From: a virus
Taxonomy: Duplodnaviria; Caudoviricetes
Reading direction: 5' to 3' (one strand)
Virus record (IMG/VR): IMGVR_UViG_3300017782_000016
Span: 1-59,096 of that record
Length of the DNA: 59,096 nucleotides
The notes beneath the pieces are model-generated. The model was not told where the DNA came from, searched no databases, and was given only the letters and a program-made list of their open reading frames with translations. Made by a program: the position numbers and the translations under genes. Positions 27,434 to 37,922 of this stretch are shown here, in pieces. The first letter of the stretch is position 1, and each line of letters starts with the position of its first letter.

Positions 27434-30129
27434 TGAGCACAATCAGCACAGATTTTGTATATAATAGAGATGTTATTACAGAGCCGCAACTGTTTAAGTA
27501 TGTATGTATGATATCGGTTGCTTCAACTGCAACAGAGCCTGTAAAGGTTTCAATTTGTTACCCTAACACTACTATATATGAAGAAGATTTAGATGGGTCA
27601 AATAGAGTTAAAATATTAGAAGCTCACGAACCTGGATTAAGAATAGGCGCATTTTCTGTCACAGCTGGTAAAGTTTACTATGGTACTAGAAATGTATCTA
27701 TGTTTGTTAATGATAGGCATCATGTAATGGTTCCCTTTAGTTTTGCGGGTTTAAATTTTAGTATTTTTAATGAAAGATCAGCGCCTAGACAGTTTTATAT
27801 TTTTCCACTTTATGATAACACTTTATTAAAAATTGGCGATAAAACATCTGCTTTATCTCCTACGGAAACAGTAACACTAACATCACAAACTGTTAATACG
27901 GCATTCACTCAAGATGAAAATGATCAGTTAACAAATTTTTCAGCTAGTAGACCTGTTTTAATTTCAAGTGCCGCTATTAACGATGATGATACCATGTTAC
28001 ATCCACCTTGTTCTAATGTTATATTTGCAAGAAATTTTGGTGGGTCTAGACGTTTGCATAAATTTGACAGTACTGAGGTAGACTCAAGTTCAACTACAAT
28101 GGGTACTTCTTACAGCAATGGAAATAAAAGAGTTTTTTATAATCCCTTTAAACCTGGATCGTTTTTTAACCCAGAAAACGACCAAGGGGACAAAAATTTA
28201 ATGATTACTGAAGTGGGCGATGGAGATGGTAGTGAAGGAGTTCAAGCTTGCCCTTACGAACTTTTAAGAACTACTTTTACATTACCAGAAAGTATAAAAG
28301 GTTATCATATTGTTTCGCCAAGGGGAACACAAGTCGATGTTTATTACAGGTCGGGCAATAAATGGGTTTTGTTTGCTAAGGAACAAATTGTTGCAGGGCA
28401 AAATGCGGCAATTGAATCAATTAGAATTGATTCTACTAACGACGGAAATACTAATAGTTATGTCAATGCATTGGGTCCAGGTTATCTTATGAGACATAGT
28501 GCTGGAACAAATATACAATCAACTTCTAGTACAAGTACACTTGTTAGTAGCTCAACGAGACAGTGGAGATTTGAAGCCAAGGATCCAGTAGCTATATGGG
28601 TAGAAGAAGCAGATGGTAATGAATATCTACTTCCTGGTTGGGGCACGAAACAAATCGCGCCAAGTATTGGAACAAAAATGGCATTCAAATCAGAGAATTC
28701 TGTTTGGTATGGACAGGGTAAAAGTTTGAATATTATGCCCGTAGGTTTAAACAACATTGCCATGAAGTGCGACTTAAATTTTCAATTACCTAAATTACAA
28801 GCTAGTGGTTTAATAGAGAAATTAGAAAATTGCACACATGGGGTTAAAACTGGAGACGCCGCTTTTAAAGGTTTAAATAATTTTGATTTTGGCACAGATG
28901 GAGAAAGTCCTCAAATTGTAAATTTAGATGAAAATATATATAATAATGTAAATGGATCTTTAGTAAGAAACTTTAATATAGATAATATGGGTGGCGATAA
29001 CTACAGTATTAATGTTGAATTAGTCAATAATAAAGTATCATCTATTATGAATACTGGTATGGGATTTGTTTCAAATCAACTGGTTGCTCCAACAACTACT
29101 CCTAAAAATAAATTTGATGTATTTTTTGAAGACACTAATGCAAACTCTAATAAATTTGATAATTTTTATTATATGAGCCAGGATGATGATAACGCATTTG
29201 CTACTTTTGAAAGGGCAACACATTCTAATGGTGGTTCTTTTGTAAGCTTTCATTCAACTCCAACAACTTTAAAATGTTTTACATCGGCGAGTCCTGGAGG
29301 TGATGGAACTATTAGAGCTGTTTCTTCCTTACCAGATAAAATTGAAGTAGAAACAGCAAACAATGTAAAAGTAAAATTAAGATGTTTTGTTGATAATATT
29401 ACGACATCTAACGGAATAGAGTTTAAACCAACTAATTCAATTGGTAATAATGGTTATGGGGCTTATAATGGCACTAACCATAAAAAGAATGGTGAAGATT
29501 TCGGAGGGGTTCTACAATTTGTTCAAGCCGACAAGGGAAAATTTGTAGAAATGGAATTTGAAGGAGATAATTCGCAAAATAATCTCCATCTTGGTTCGGT
29601 GATAATTCTCTTAGGTGCAAGTGAGCTGATTGAACTATCCCAAATTTCAATAAGTTACGAATTAAATACTTTTGTTGGTGATTTATCTGGAGAGGGTTCA
29701 AATTTAAAAGGTCCAATAACTTATGAGGGTTATGGATTAAGTCCTAGTAATTTTAATTTACATGCTACAAGAACATTTTTCTTTAGACCAGATCAATCTA
29801 CCGATTTATCTTTTGATCATTCGGCTAGACTAAATAAGATGAGAGGTACTTTTGCTCAGTTTATCAACACTTCTAATAACCAAAATTCGTTAGGAGAAAT
29901 AGACTTACGTTTCAGCAACAGAACTGATAAGGAGGCGTACGCTATTTTACATTTTTTAGAAACACATTTGGGATATAAAACATTTGTGTATAAATATGAT
30001 GATAACATAATTAATCAAAATAGAATTTTTTATTGCGACTTTTGGGAGCATGTAATTAATTTTAAAGATTCAAACACTATTTCTGCAAAATTTACAGAGG
30101 TAGCAAACCCAGTAACCCCTAATTTTTAA
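27433..30129 (+). CDS. Distal tail/minor tail protein (lambda gpM-like C-terminus) with accessory domains
   Basis: After TMP; DLRFSNRTDKEAYAILHFLETHLG...FYCDFW...TISAKFTEV. Confidence 0.7.
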   Translation: MSTISTDFVYNRDVITEPQLFKYVCMISVASTATEPVKVSICYPNTTIYEEDLDGSNRVKILEAHEPGLRIGAFSVTAGKVYYGTRNVSMFVNDRHHVMVPFSFAGLNFSIFNERSAPRQFYIFPLYDNTLLKIGDKTSALSPTETVTLTSQTVNTAFTQDENDQLTNFSASRPVLISSAAINDDDTMLHPPCSNVIFARNFGGSRRLHKFDSTEVDSSSTTMGTSYSNGNKRVFYNPFKPGSFFNPENDQGDKNLMITEVGDGDGSEGVQACPYELLRTTFTLPESIKGYHIVSPRGTQVDVYYRSGNKWVLFAKEQIVAGQNAAIESIRIDSTNDGNTNSYVNALGPGYLMRHSAGTNIQSTSSTSTLVSSSTRQWRFEAKDPVAIWVEEADGNEYLLPGWGTKQIAPSIGTKMAFKSENSVWYGQGKSLNIMPVGLNNIAMKCDLNFQLPKLQASGLIEKLENCTHGVKTGDAAFKGLNNFDFGTDGESPQIVNLDENIYNNVNGSLVRNFNIDNMGGDNYSINVELVNNKVSSIMNTGMGFVSNQLVAPTTTPKNKFDVFFEDTNANSNKFDNFYYMSQDDDNAFATFERATHSNGGSFVSFHSTPTTLKCFTSASPGGDGTIRAVSSLPDKIEVETANNVKVKLRCFVDNITTSNGIEFKPTNSIGNNGYGAYNGTNHKKNGEDFGGVLQFVQADKGKFVEMEFEGDNSQNNLHLGSVIILLGASELIELSQISISYELNTFVGDLSGEGSNLKGPITYEGYGLSPSNFNLHATRTFFFRPDQSTDLSFDHSARLNKMRGTFAQFINTSNNQNSLGEIDLRFSNRTDKEAYAILHFLETHLGYKTFVYKYDDNIINQNRIFYCDFWEHVINFKDSNTISAKFTEVANPVTPNF

Positions 30130-33100
30130 ATGAGCGATAATTCACAACGACCAGTCATAGGATATGAAAATATAGCATTATTCCAAGGGAATAGTGATGC
30201 AAATCTTACTGGATCTAATAGTGGAGACGCACTAAAGTTTATTCCTCAAGTTCAAAATTTATCGTTTAGTTTTAGCAACAATCAAGTAAATATAAATGGT
30301 TTGGGATCAAAGAAAACTTTAATTAACCAAAATACTTTAGCCCCAGATATTAGATTGAATATTTCTAAGGTAGAAGATTTTGAAAATGATTTATTCTCTA
30401 CTTTAATACCTTATGGAGATTTTAAAGATGGCGATTTAAATAAGGACAGAAATTTTTATGCAATTATTGGAGATATTAAAGGGTCTGATGTTTCATCTAA
30501 AACTTTGTCTGGCAAAAATGTAATTAGTTTTGGTAATTGTTTCCTAGAGAATGTAACATTAACACAGGATGCTAATGCTATGTTGATGTCCAACTATTCT
30601 TTTGTGGCAAGCAATATACAAGCTCAAACATTTTCTCCTAGAGTAATTTATCATAATAGTTTTGAACAATTGCAAACTGGGGATTATAGCCCATATTATG
30701 GTGGTGGAACTGTTGAAGCAAAAGATTTAGAAGATAGTATTGGATTATTAAGAATAACAAATCACGGAATACAAGGCGCTATTGGAACAGGAGAAGGTAT
30801 TGTACTTTCTGATCAAGACACAAAAGCTAGAGGGTATGAAACTGTCACTGGATTTAGGAGTTTGGCTATATATGATGGGGCTATAATTAACGGTATTGCT
30901 TTTCATAATAAAACTGGAGACGGTCTTTCTTTACCTACTGATGAATATTATCATAGTGGCAATCTATCAACTGGGATATTTAATACAAATTCTATATATG
31001 AAGTTACTGGTAACTTTAGAACTAATAATGATGCAGCGTATTTAGATATATTTTTCCAAACTGGTGATGGAATATCTTCCAATAATTTACACGCCACTGT
31101 AAGAAAGACTATTAAACCTAATTTAACAACTAGAACAGACGATCACGCTGGAACTTATATTTCAACACCATTCAGTGTTACTGGAAGTTTTAATCCAGAT
31201 CATTATGGAGCCGTCAAGGGTTCTGGCGCTCCAAGTGGTTGTATAATGATAAGTTCTAGGAAACTAAATGGTTACGGTGGATTAACAGGAATTAAAGTAG
31301 AACCAAGAGATTCAACTTATAAATATGTATCTGTACCAGGTGGCATTACATTTGAAAACGCATTTAATCAAGCTGTCCAAAACCATAACGGAAGATTAGC
31401 TGTCATAGATACATTAGAAAAATTTCACAAATTTACTGGCACGTTTGCAAACGATGCAAAGGATCAGTCTATATTGGCAAATGGTTGGGTGGCATTAACT
31501 GACAGTGAGTCTTATGGGGCATCAGAAAGTAACGCAGAATCAACATTGGCGTTAAAAAGAGCTAAATTTAAATGGTCAAACGGTGTTGAAAATATATTCA
31601 CGGATGATATTTATTGGAATGATTTAGAGCCTAATAATGCTGGCGGTTTAGAAGATTTTATTCATTTTAGAGGTACTACTTTAACACCATCGACCACTGA
31701 AGGTGTGCCAGCAACCGCTTCATCTGGACCGTGGAATGATTTAAATGCAACTAGCACAACACCTACGGGTTTTTATATAGAGCAAATTAATTCAGCTGTA
31801 TTTATATCTGATTTGACTATTAGAAAATTGGATGAATTCCAACTAGACGCACCGTCTATAGATTTAACTGGGCCACAAATACAAAACACTACAGGTTATT
31901 TTAACGAGTTAAACACTTACTACAAAAGTCCTGCAAAAAACTTTTCTAAGGGTAAAAATACAAAAATAGTAATAAAGAAAAAAAATGAAGGAACAATAGT
32001 ATTTAAAGATAATTTCGCTAGTGGTATAGTTGATAATGATTATGCTGTAGCGCCAAGTGGTGTTGAGGGTTTTTCTTTTTCACGGTTATTCCATAATGGT
32101 TTAAATTCAGAAGCTGGAGATGAAGTAACCACAGGTATCAACAGAGCAGATTTCTTTAATCAGACTCAAGGTAATCCAGCAATACAATCTTCACCACCAT
32201 CTTTGGAAATAAAAATTAATGTTGGAGACACAGGTTTTGCTTATGGAAACCCAAGTAGTGTTTACAGTGGCGCTAAAGCAGCTGCTGTAAGAATTGGTCA
32301 AGATATAATAGGTGGAGGAAATAATGGAACTGGTTTTAAGGCTAGTGGAAATTACATTTTACAAGGTGAATTTAGGGTTTCTATGCCTGGTGGATATACT
32401 GGAGCTGTTGCGAGAGTTGATATTTCTGATTACGAATCACATAACACACCACAAGTGACTCCTGGTGGTTTAATGGGAGATGGATTTGCAACACAATCAC
32501 AAACATTTGTTCCGTTTGATATGAGAATAACTGGTTTTAACCAGAGAGACGCAAGAACTAGTGGTAATTTTAAGTGGTTTGATCTTACTGTTTTCAGTCA
32601 AAAGGGTGGTTTCCCTAATGCTCAAACATTAAATCCTCCTTCGCCAGATGGATCAACATCTTTTACAAATTTTTTAAATTCTGGATCTTGTGCCGCTCAA
32701 TTTAGAAACATAACAGTAAGAGAAGTTCAAAACTTTGAAGAAGAAAACTTTTTGTTTGAGACTGATACTGTACAAAATTTTGATATAACTTTACCTGTTG
32801 AAAGAAAATCTGTATATCAAATTGGCAACAAATATCCAAGCAAAAGAAAAAGGCTTTATCCAAATAATTGTGAAATTAGTCTTGCGGCTTTAGTGTCAAA
32901 CATTAACAAAGAAAATGAAACTGAATACGAAAGATATTTAACAGTAGACTCTGCTAAGAAAACCACAACAGCTAATTTAAAAAGTTTTATAGAAGAAAAT
33001 GCAAAATACGAAATACTAATATCTGGTGTTGGCGACAATGATAAAAAATATTCTTTACATATAGATGATGCATATCTTACTGCACAAGATATATCAAGCT

Positions 33101-35085
33101 CTATGGATAATTTTTCTTTAGCTAATTTGTCTTTTGGTTTTGACATGCAAGATTTTAAAAACAAAAACTACTTAAACAATTTTGATGCTGCTAGAATATA
33201 TGTAGATAGAAAGAATGAAAGATGCGTGCCTAATACTGGAGGTTTAGAGGTATTTGATATATCGGACAAACCTTTAAACACACCTTATCCAGAGACAAGT
33301 ACAAATTTAAACTTCGCTCATCCAGAGGTCAGCCCAGGTGTGGCTAACTTAAGTTCGAGAAATGTTAGCGGTAAAGTGGGATTAAGTGAAGACGGTTTTG
33401 TTTTTGACCCATTGTATACTGCTGGCAAAGTTTATACTGATAAGACTTTAGATGGTAATCGTTACTATTTAAGTAATTTCTTTTCTACTGTAGGAGAAAG
33501 GAGTAATTTTGATTTTGTAAATGCTCCAATGTTACAATTCGCAAATGAAAGTAGTTTCCTTGATGATGGTGCTGCGGAATTAAATTCAGCCTTAACTTAT
33601 TTATTGTGGATAAAACCTTATACATTGCCTTATTTTCAAAGTAATACTTTTAAGAGTAAAAGTGCTAGTAGGTTATCTACTTTAATGAGTCAAGCTTTAA
33701 ACAATGAATCTAGGCCTAGATTTACCGTTGATAGTTTTGGCGCTCTTGGTTTTCAATCTTGGAGTATGCATGGTCAAGTTTTTACTGGCGACACTTTTAC
33801 AAATGCCAATGGTCGTCAAATACAAAGATTAGATATACCTAGAATTTTTGATACTGGTTCAAAAGTAGCCACAACTAGAATGCAGCTTTCTGGTAGTTCA
33901 ATAATAGCTAAAAGAGATGGAGTTGCGTATACTGATCAAAATGCTGGCACTAATACAAATTTCTCTGGAACAAGAGGTGCATCTGTTAATACATTTAAAT
34001 TTAGTTCAGAACAAGTAGTTCAAACTGGGGTCTGGCAACAAGTTGTTATGACCTTAGAAAACAGAACTGGTAGTTTAGGTATAGATCATAGTGATTTTGG
34101 AACAACATTACAGTTTTATCGCAACGACACTAAACTAAACACAATTGACATATTATCAACAAGATCAGAATATAATGGTGGTAGTACTAATTTTGCTACA
34201 AATGGTTTGATAGATTTAAGTGATCAAGCTAATTTTGGGGCAAATGCTTTACCTTCTAGTGGTATTGGTGTTATTCAAAATCTTGGTAGAGCAAGTGAAG
34301 GTTTTAGAATTGGTGGCACTTTTGCTGGTGATGAAGAACCTTACGATTTGTTTAAAGGTGAAATAGCGGTAGCAGCCGTATATAACAAGGCATTAACTCA
34401 TGAAGAAGTTAAAGATAATTACAATAGAATTAGACAAAGGTTTGATCACAAGGAAAGGTCAAATGCTAAAAGTATACAGGTTAGAAGGCAGGGTACTTTA
34501 TTCCAACCAGGAGCCAATAATTGCGAACTAAATGGAAGCGAATTGAAAGAAGATTATGTAACTTTTTTTGCTACTGAGTCTGATAGAGAATTTATGTTAG
34601 TTTATCTTGAAGAATCTGATTATTTAAATATTGAAGGTACATCTTTTGAAATAGAAAACGTAACTACAAATATTAATGGCACATATGTTTTTCACGGTCC
34701 TAACGATGCTTTTCCAGGTAATTTTGTTCATCAAGACCGTCCATCGTATAGATTTTTTAGAGATAAGAAAAAATGGAAATTCTATAATAGTGGCGTTACT
34801 ATTGAAGAAACAGCACGAATAAGAGGTAACAAGGTTTATGATGCTGACTATGACTTGGGTTCAGATGGCACTATAAGCAACAGGTATTCTATTGCAGAAT
34901 TTACTTCACCTCCTAATTTTGTAAATGTCGTTGAAGTTGAACCGTTAATTACAATAGATGAAGGTGAAGCTAAGATAGGCAAGGTGTATTATGAAAAAGA
35001 TGATGATAGTTTTAGATTTATAGTTTACGATATAAAATCAAATGTAAAAATAACTATCAATACAATAGACGCACAAAATAATTAA
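30130..35085 (+). CDS. Large tail protein: tube-like scaffold with inserted C-type lectin domain and C-terminal LamG-like domain
   Basis: QVQNLSFSF/TVQNFDITLPVER tube motifs; WVALTD..FKWSNG..EPNN..WND; WQQVVMT..FKGEIAVAAVYNKALTHEEV. Confidence 0.75.
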   Translation: MSDNSQRPVIGYENIALFQGNSDANLTGSNSGDALKFIPQVQNLSFSFSNNQVNINGLGSKKTLINQNTLAPDIRLNISKVEDFENDLFSTLIPYGDFKDGDLNKDRNFYAIIGDIKGSDVSSKTLSGKNVISFGNCFLENVTLTQDANAMLMSNYSFVASNIQAQTFSPRVIYHNSFEQLQTGDYSPYYGGGTVEAKDLEDSIGLLRITNHGIQGAIGTGEGIVLSDQDTKARGYETVTGFRSLAIYDGAIINGIAFHNKTGDGLSLPTDEYYHSGNLSTGIFNTNSIYEVTGNFRTNNDAAYLDIFFQTGDGISSNNLHATVRKTIKPNLTTRTDDHAGTYISTPFSVTGSFNPDHYGAVKGSGAPSGCIMISSRKLNGYGGLTGIKVEPRDSTYKYVSVPGGITFENAFNQAVQNHNGRLAVIDTLEKFHKFTGTFANDAKDQSILANGWVALTDSESYGASESNAESTLALKRAKFKWSNGVENIFTDDIYWNDLEPNNAGGLEDFIHFRGTTLTPSTTEGVPATASSGPWNDLNATSTTPTGFYIEQINSAVFISDLTIRKLDEFQLDAPSIDLTGPQIQNTTGYFNELNTYYKSPAKNFSKGKNTKIVIKKKNEGTIVFKDNFASGIVDNDYAVAPSGVEGFSFSRLFHNGLNSEAGDEVTTGINRADFFNQTQGNPAIQSSPPSLEIKINVGDTGFAYGNPSSVYSGAKAAAVRIGQDIIGGGNNGTGFKASGNYILQGEFRVSMPGGYTGAVARVDISDYESHNTPQVTPGGLMGDGFATQSQTFVPFDMRITGFNQRDARTSGNFKWFDLTVFSQKGGFPNAQTLNPPSPDGSTSFTNFLNSGSCAAQFRNITVREVQNFEEENFLFETDTVQNFDITLPVERKSVYQIGNKYPSKRKRLYPNNCEISLAALVSNINKENETEYERYLTVDSAKKTTTANLKSFIEENAKYEILISGVGDNDKKYSLHIDDAYLTAQDISSSMDNFSLANLSFGFDMQDFKNKNYLNNFDAARIYVDRKNERCVPNTGGLEVFDISDKPLNTPYPETSTNLNFAHPEVSPGVANLSSRNVSGKVGLSEDGFVFDPLYTAGKVYTDKTLDGNRYYLSNFFSTVGERSNFDFVNAPMLQFANESSFLDDGAAELNSALTYLLWIKPYTLPYFQSNTFKSKSASRLSTLMSQALNNESRPRFTVDSFGALGFQSWSMHGQVFTGDTFTNANGRQIQRLDIPRIFDTGSKVATTRMQLSGSSIIAKRDGVAYTDQNAGTNTNFSGTRGASVNTFKFSSEQVVQTGVWQQVVMTLENRTGSLGIDHSDFGTTLQFYRNDTKLNTIDILSTRSEYNGGSTNFATNGLIDLSDQANFGANALPSSGIGVIQNLGRASEGFRIGGTFAGDEEPYDLFKGEIAVAAVYNKALTHEEVKDNYNRIRQRFDHKERSNAKSIQVRRQGTLFQPGANNCELNGSELKEDYVTFFATESDREFMLVYLEESDYLNIEGTSFEIENVTTNINGTYVFHGPNDAFPGNFVHQDRPSYRFFRDKKKWKFYNSGVTIEETARIRGNKVYDADYDLGSDGTISNRYSIAEFTSPPNFVNVVEVEPLITIDEGEAKIGKVYYEKDDDSFRFIVYDIKSNVKITINTIDAQNN

Positions 35086-35492
35086 TCTTCTATCTTTAAG
35101 CCAGCTTTGTCAGCTTTTGCTTTAGTCTTTTCCCAGTTTTCTTTCATTTGCTGTGGGTGTAATTTACCGTTTGTCATTTTACTATAATCGGCATATTGTT
35201 TTTGTTTTACTGGGTCTACACCATTTTTTTGAGCTCTTTTTTCTGAAGCTTCTGCAGACTTATCAAAAAGTTCTCCGTATGTGTAATTTTTATTTTGAGC
35301 GGAGGTTACGAATGATTTATCGCTATACTCGTCTACATTAGTGTCAAAAGATAGGTTAGGATTAACATAAACACGTCTCCAGAGGCCTTTCTCGCGACCG
35401 TTGGTACCGTGATACTCGTGCTTCTCCATCATCCCTTGAAAGACCTCTACGACCTCTCCTGTTTCTTCGTTTTCGTATAAATATAATGGCAT
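35082..35492 (-). CDS. FmdB-like (Cys-less zinc-ribbon) hypothetical protein
   Basis: MPLYLYENEETGEVVEVFQGM N-terminus. Confidence 0.6.
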   Translation of the reverse strand: MPLYLYENEETGEVVEVFQGMMEKHEYHGTNGREKGLWRRVYVNPNLSFDTNVDEYSDKSFVTSAQNKNYTYGELFDKSAEASEKRAQKNGVDPVKQKQYADYSKMTNGKLHPQQMKENWEKTKAKADKAGLKIED

Positions 35493-35511
35493 AAATTTAA
35501 ATATTTTTTTT

Positions 35512-35551
35512 AAAAAAAATCCCCCCTATGTTTTTTACACATAAGAGGGAT
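35512..35551 (-). terminator. Rho-independent terminator after hsp20 with GTGTAA at the stem top/loop
   Basis: Minus strand ATCCCTCTTATG-TGTAAAAAA-CATAGGGGGGAT then T-run. Confidence 0.75.
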
Positions 35552-35564
35552 ATTTTAGATTATG

Positions 35565-35891
35565 CTAAGACACCTTAACTTGAATAGATTCTGCAACTTC
35601 GCGTTTAGGCAAAGTAATTTGCAGAATACCATCTTCTAATTTAGATGAAATTGAATTTATATCTACCAAACCACCAAGGTTAATTTTTCTTAGTAGTTTT
35701 TTGTCCTTATCTTCTGTAAGGAAAACTTTTAAAAAATCGTTTGTAGCAGAGATAGAAACTTTATTTTTCTTAACTCCAGGCATTACGATTTTAGCTTGGT
35801 AAACATCACCTAATGATTTAACCCCATCGATAGATGCGTTGTCGATACCATATAGGTCGTTGAATATAATGTCTAATAATGAATTGTTCAT
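35565..35891 (-). CDS. Small heat shock protein (Hsp20/alpha-crystallin)
   Basis: MPGVKKNKV...ISSKLEDGILQITLPK. Confidence 0.9.
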   Translation of the reverse strand: MNNSLLDIIFNDLYGIDNASIDGVKSLGDVYQAKIVMPGVKKNKVSISATNDFLKVFLTEDKDKKLLRKINLGGLVDINSISSKLEDGILQITLPKREVAESIQVKVS

Positions 35892-35902
35892 GCATTTATT
35901 TT

Positions 35903-35919
35903 TGCATTTACCGTGCCAA
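35903..35919 (-). promoter_or_regulatory. Sigma54 (RpoN) -24/-12 promoter
   Basis: Minus strand TTGGCACGGTAAATGCA vs consensus TGGCACG-N4-TTGC; ATG 12 nt after the GC. Confidence 0.75.
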
Positions 35920-35924
35920 AAACA

Positions 35925-37010
35925 CTAAAGGCTCTCTAGCTCAGTAAGTAAGCGGTCTGCAGTCTTTTCATAAGAAAATTGCTCTCTTAATTTTTCTCCT
36001 TCTGGGTTATTTTGTCCCTTTTTAGAGACAGCTTGATCCATTGCTTGTGACACAGTGTCACTATCCCAAGTGTGTATATTACCTTGGTTAAATGGCTGAT
36101 CCTCTATGAAGAATTTACCATCATAAGCTGGTTCGGTCCCATTAGGTTCGATAAGGATACAATTATCTTTATTGGCCCAATCTTTATGTGAAGTGTGATT
36201 AACAACTAAACTCCATTTGCCTAAAGCAGTAGCATTAAAGGCAGGTAAGTTCCAACCCTCAGCCCCACTTAAACCTGTTAGGTCAACATCAATAGAATTT
36301 AAAAATTCATTTACCTCTGAGTTTTTGTTTAAGAATGGTAAAAAATTTATATTAGTATACCTCTTGCCATCCAAACAATTTAGAAGAATGTTTTGCATTT
36401 CTTCTGGCTTAAAGAACGGATTGTTAACGCAAACACTTAATTGATAATCGTTATTATTGCCATATTTTTGTAGCCATAATCTAATTATTTTTTCAGTATT
36501 TTTGCGTTTTTCAAATTTACCCATCAAACCAAAATGCACAACATTTTTGCTAAGATACTCTTTATCTGTTTTAACAAAGTCTTCATCGAAACCCATTGAT
36601 ACAGAACCACAATCAACATTGTGATTTTTGAAAAGGTCCTCTGAAAACTTACTAGAAAATAAAGTTTTAGTTTGAAATTTAGCAATATTAATTTCAGATG
36701 CTGTGGCTTGATCTAATTCATGAAACGTAAGAAGCAATTGTTTGGGCGATATTCTTGTCTGACTCCCATTCAAATGCCACATTTTAAATGTTGGTTTATC
36801 CTTAGATAATTTAGCATTTGCTTCCATTGCTGATTGATGTAACCAGTCGTGAAATTTAGGGTCTACTTTATCGTAAACATTTAAATCTATTCCGCCTCCA
36901 ATTGGATAAAGGGCAACGTCAACACCCTTCCGCCAAAATTGACGGAGGATGTTGTATGTAACATTCCCAAACGAAAGTGAGTTTAATGGTGCTTCTACTA
37001 TAATTTCCAT
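35925..37010 (-). CDS. GT-B (GT4-like) glycosyltransferase
   Basis: GKFEKRKN and SGAEGWNLPAFNATALG motifs. Confidence 0.8.
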   Translation of the reverse strand: MEIIVEAPLNSLSFGNVTYNILRQFWRKGVDVALYPIGGGIDLNVYDKVDPKFHDWLHQSAMEANAKLSKDKPTFKMWHLNGSQTRISPKQLLLTFHELDQATASEINIAKFQTKTLFSSKFSEDLFKNHNVDCGSVSMGFDEDFVKTDKEYLSKNVVHFGLMGKFEKRKNTEKIIRLWLQKYGNNNDYQLSVCVNNPFFKPEEMQNILLNCLDGKRYTNINFLPFLNKNSEVNEFLNSIDVDLTGLSGAEGWNLPAFNATALGKWSLVVNHTSHKDWANKDNCILIEPNGTEPAYDGKFFIEDQPFNQGNIHTWDSDTVSQAMDQAVSKKGQNNPEGEKLREQFSYEKTADRLLTELESL

Positions 37011-37363
37011 TAGAAAGGAATTTCGTCGTCTGAACTAGATGCTGCAGCAGCTTCTGTTTCCTTTTTAGAACTTAGGAACTGCACATTATCACCCTTAATA
37101 TATAATTTAGAGTTTTTCTTGCCATCTTTTTCCCACACATCTTGGAATAAGCGACCTTCTACTAGAACTTTACTACCCTTAGATAGGTATTTTGCAGTGT
37201 TTTCTGCAGTTTTATTCCACGTTTCTACATCAATGTAATGAGCTTTATCTTTCTTCACTACATCATTAACAGCTACTACTAGCCGTGTCACTTGGTTGTC
37301 TCCAACCTTCTTATTTTCTGGATCTCTTGCGAGATTGCCCATGATTATTGATTTATTGAACAT
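37010..37363 (-). CDS. ssb: Single-stranded DNA-binding protein
   Basis: GNLARDPE, YLSKGSKVLVEGRL, C-terminal DDEIPF. Confidence 0.95.
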   Translation of the reverse strand: MFNKSIIMGNLARDPENKKVGDNQVTRLVVAVNDVVKKDKAHYIDVETWNKTAENTAKYLSKGSKVLVEGRLFQDVWEKDGKKNSKLYIKGDNVQFLSSKKETEAAAASSSDDEIPF

Positions 37364-37922
37364 ATTTTTTTATCTCCTTTAAATAGTTATTATGTATATT
37401 AATACATCCTTGTATCGATAAGTCAAGCTCTTTTGCAATTTTTTTCCAAGGAACTAGTTTTTTATCGTCTGAATATCTAAGCTGAAAGATTTTTTTAACT
37501 CTTTCATCTTTAGATTTATTAACAGCTTTAAATATTTTTTTGATGCTTTCGTTCTCTTCGAGAACTTTTATGCCTGGATCGCAAGCGATCTCATTTAATT
37601 GTTTGACTTTAATATTTTCAAACGATTGGTGTGGGAATTTTAAATTTTTATTATATATATTTAAGCATTTCCATTTAGTTATATTACCTAGATATGTGCT
37701 GAATTTAGTGTTTTTTGTTTCATCATAATTGATTATAGCATCATAGATACGGTAATTTTTTTCATCAAGTATATCTTCTTTTCTGATACCTTCGAATGTA
37801 TTAGGTATATACCTATTTACCATTTCAACATAGATGCCAGAATGCTTTTCAATCAAGAGTTTTAAAGAGCTTTCGTCTTTATTTTCTTTTACGTTTTTAA
37901 TTAATTCAAATTCTGTTTCCAT
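37353..37922 (-). CDS. Second sigma70-family factor
   Basis: YDETKNTKFSTYL region 2; IFQLRY...WKKIAKELDLS region 4 HTH. Confidence 0.85.
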   Translation of the reverse strand: METEFELIKNVKENKDESSLKLLIEKHSGIYVEMVNRYIPNTFEGIRKEDILDEKNYRIYDAIINYDETKNTKFSTYLGNITKWKCLNIYNKNLKFPHQSFENIKVKQLNEIACDPGIKVLEENESIKKIFKAVNKSKDERVKKIFQLRYSDDKKLVPWKKIAKELDLSIQGCINIHNNYLKEIKKYVQ

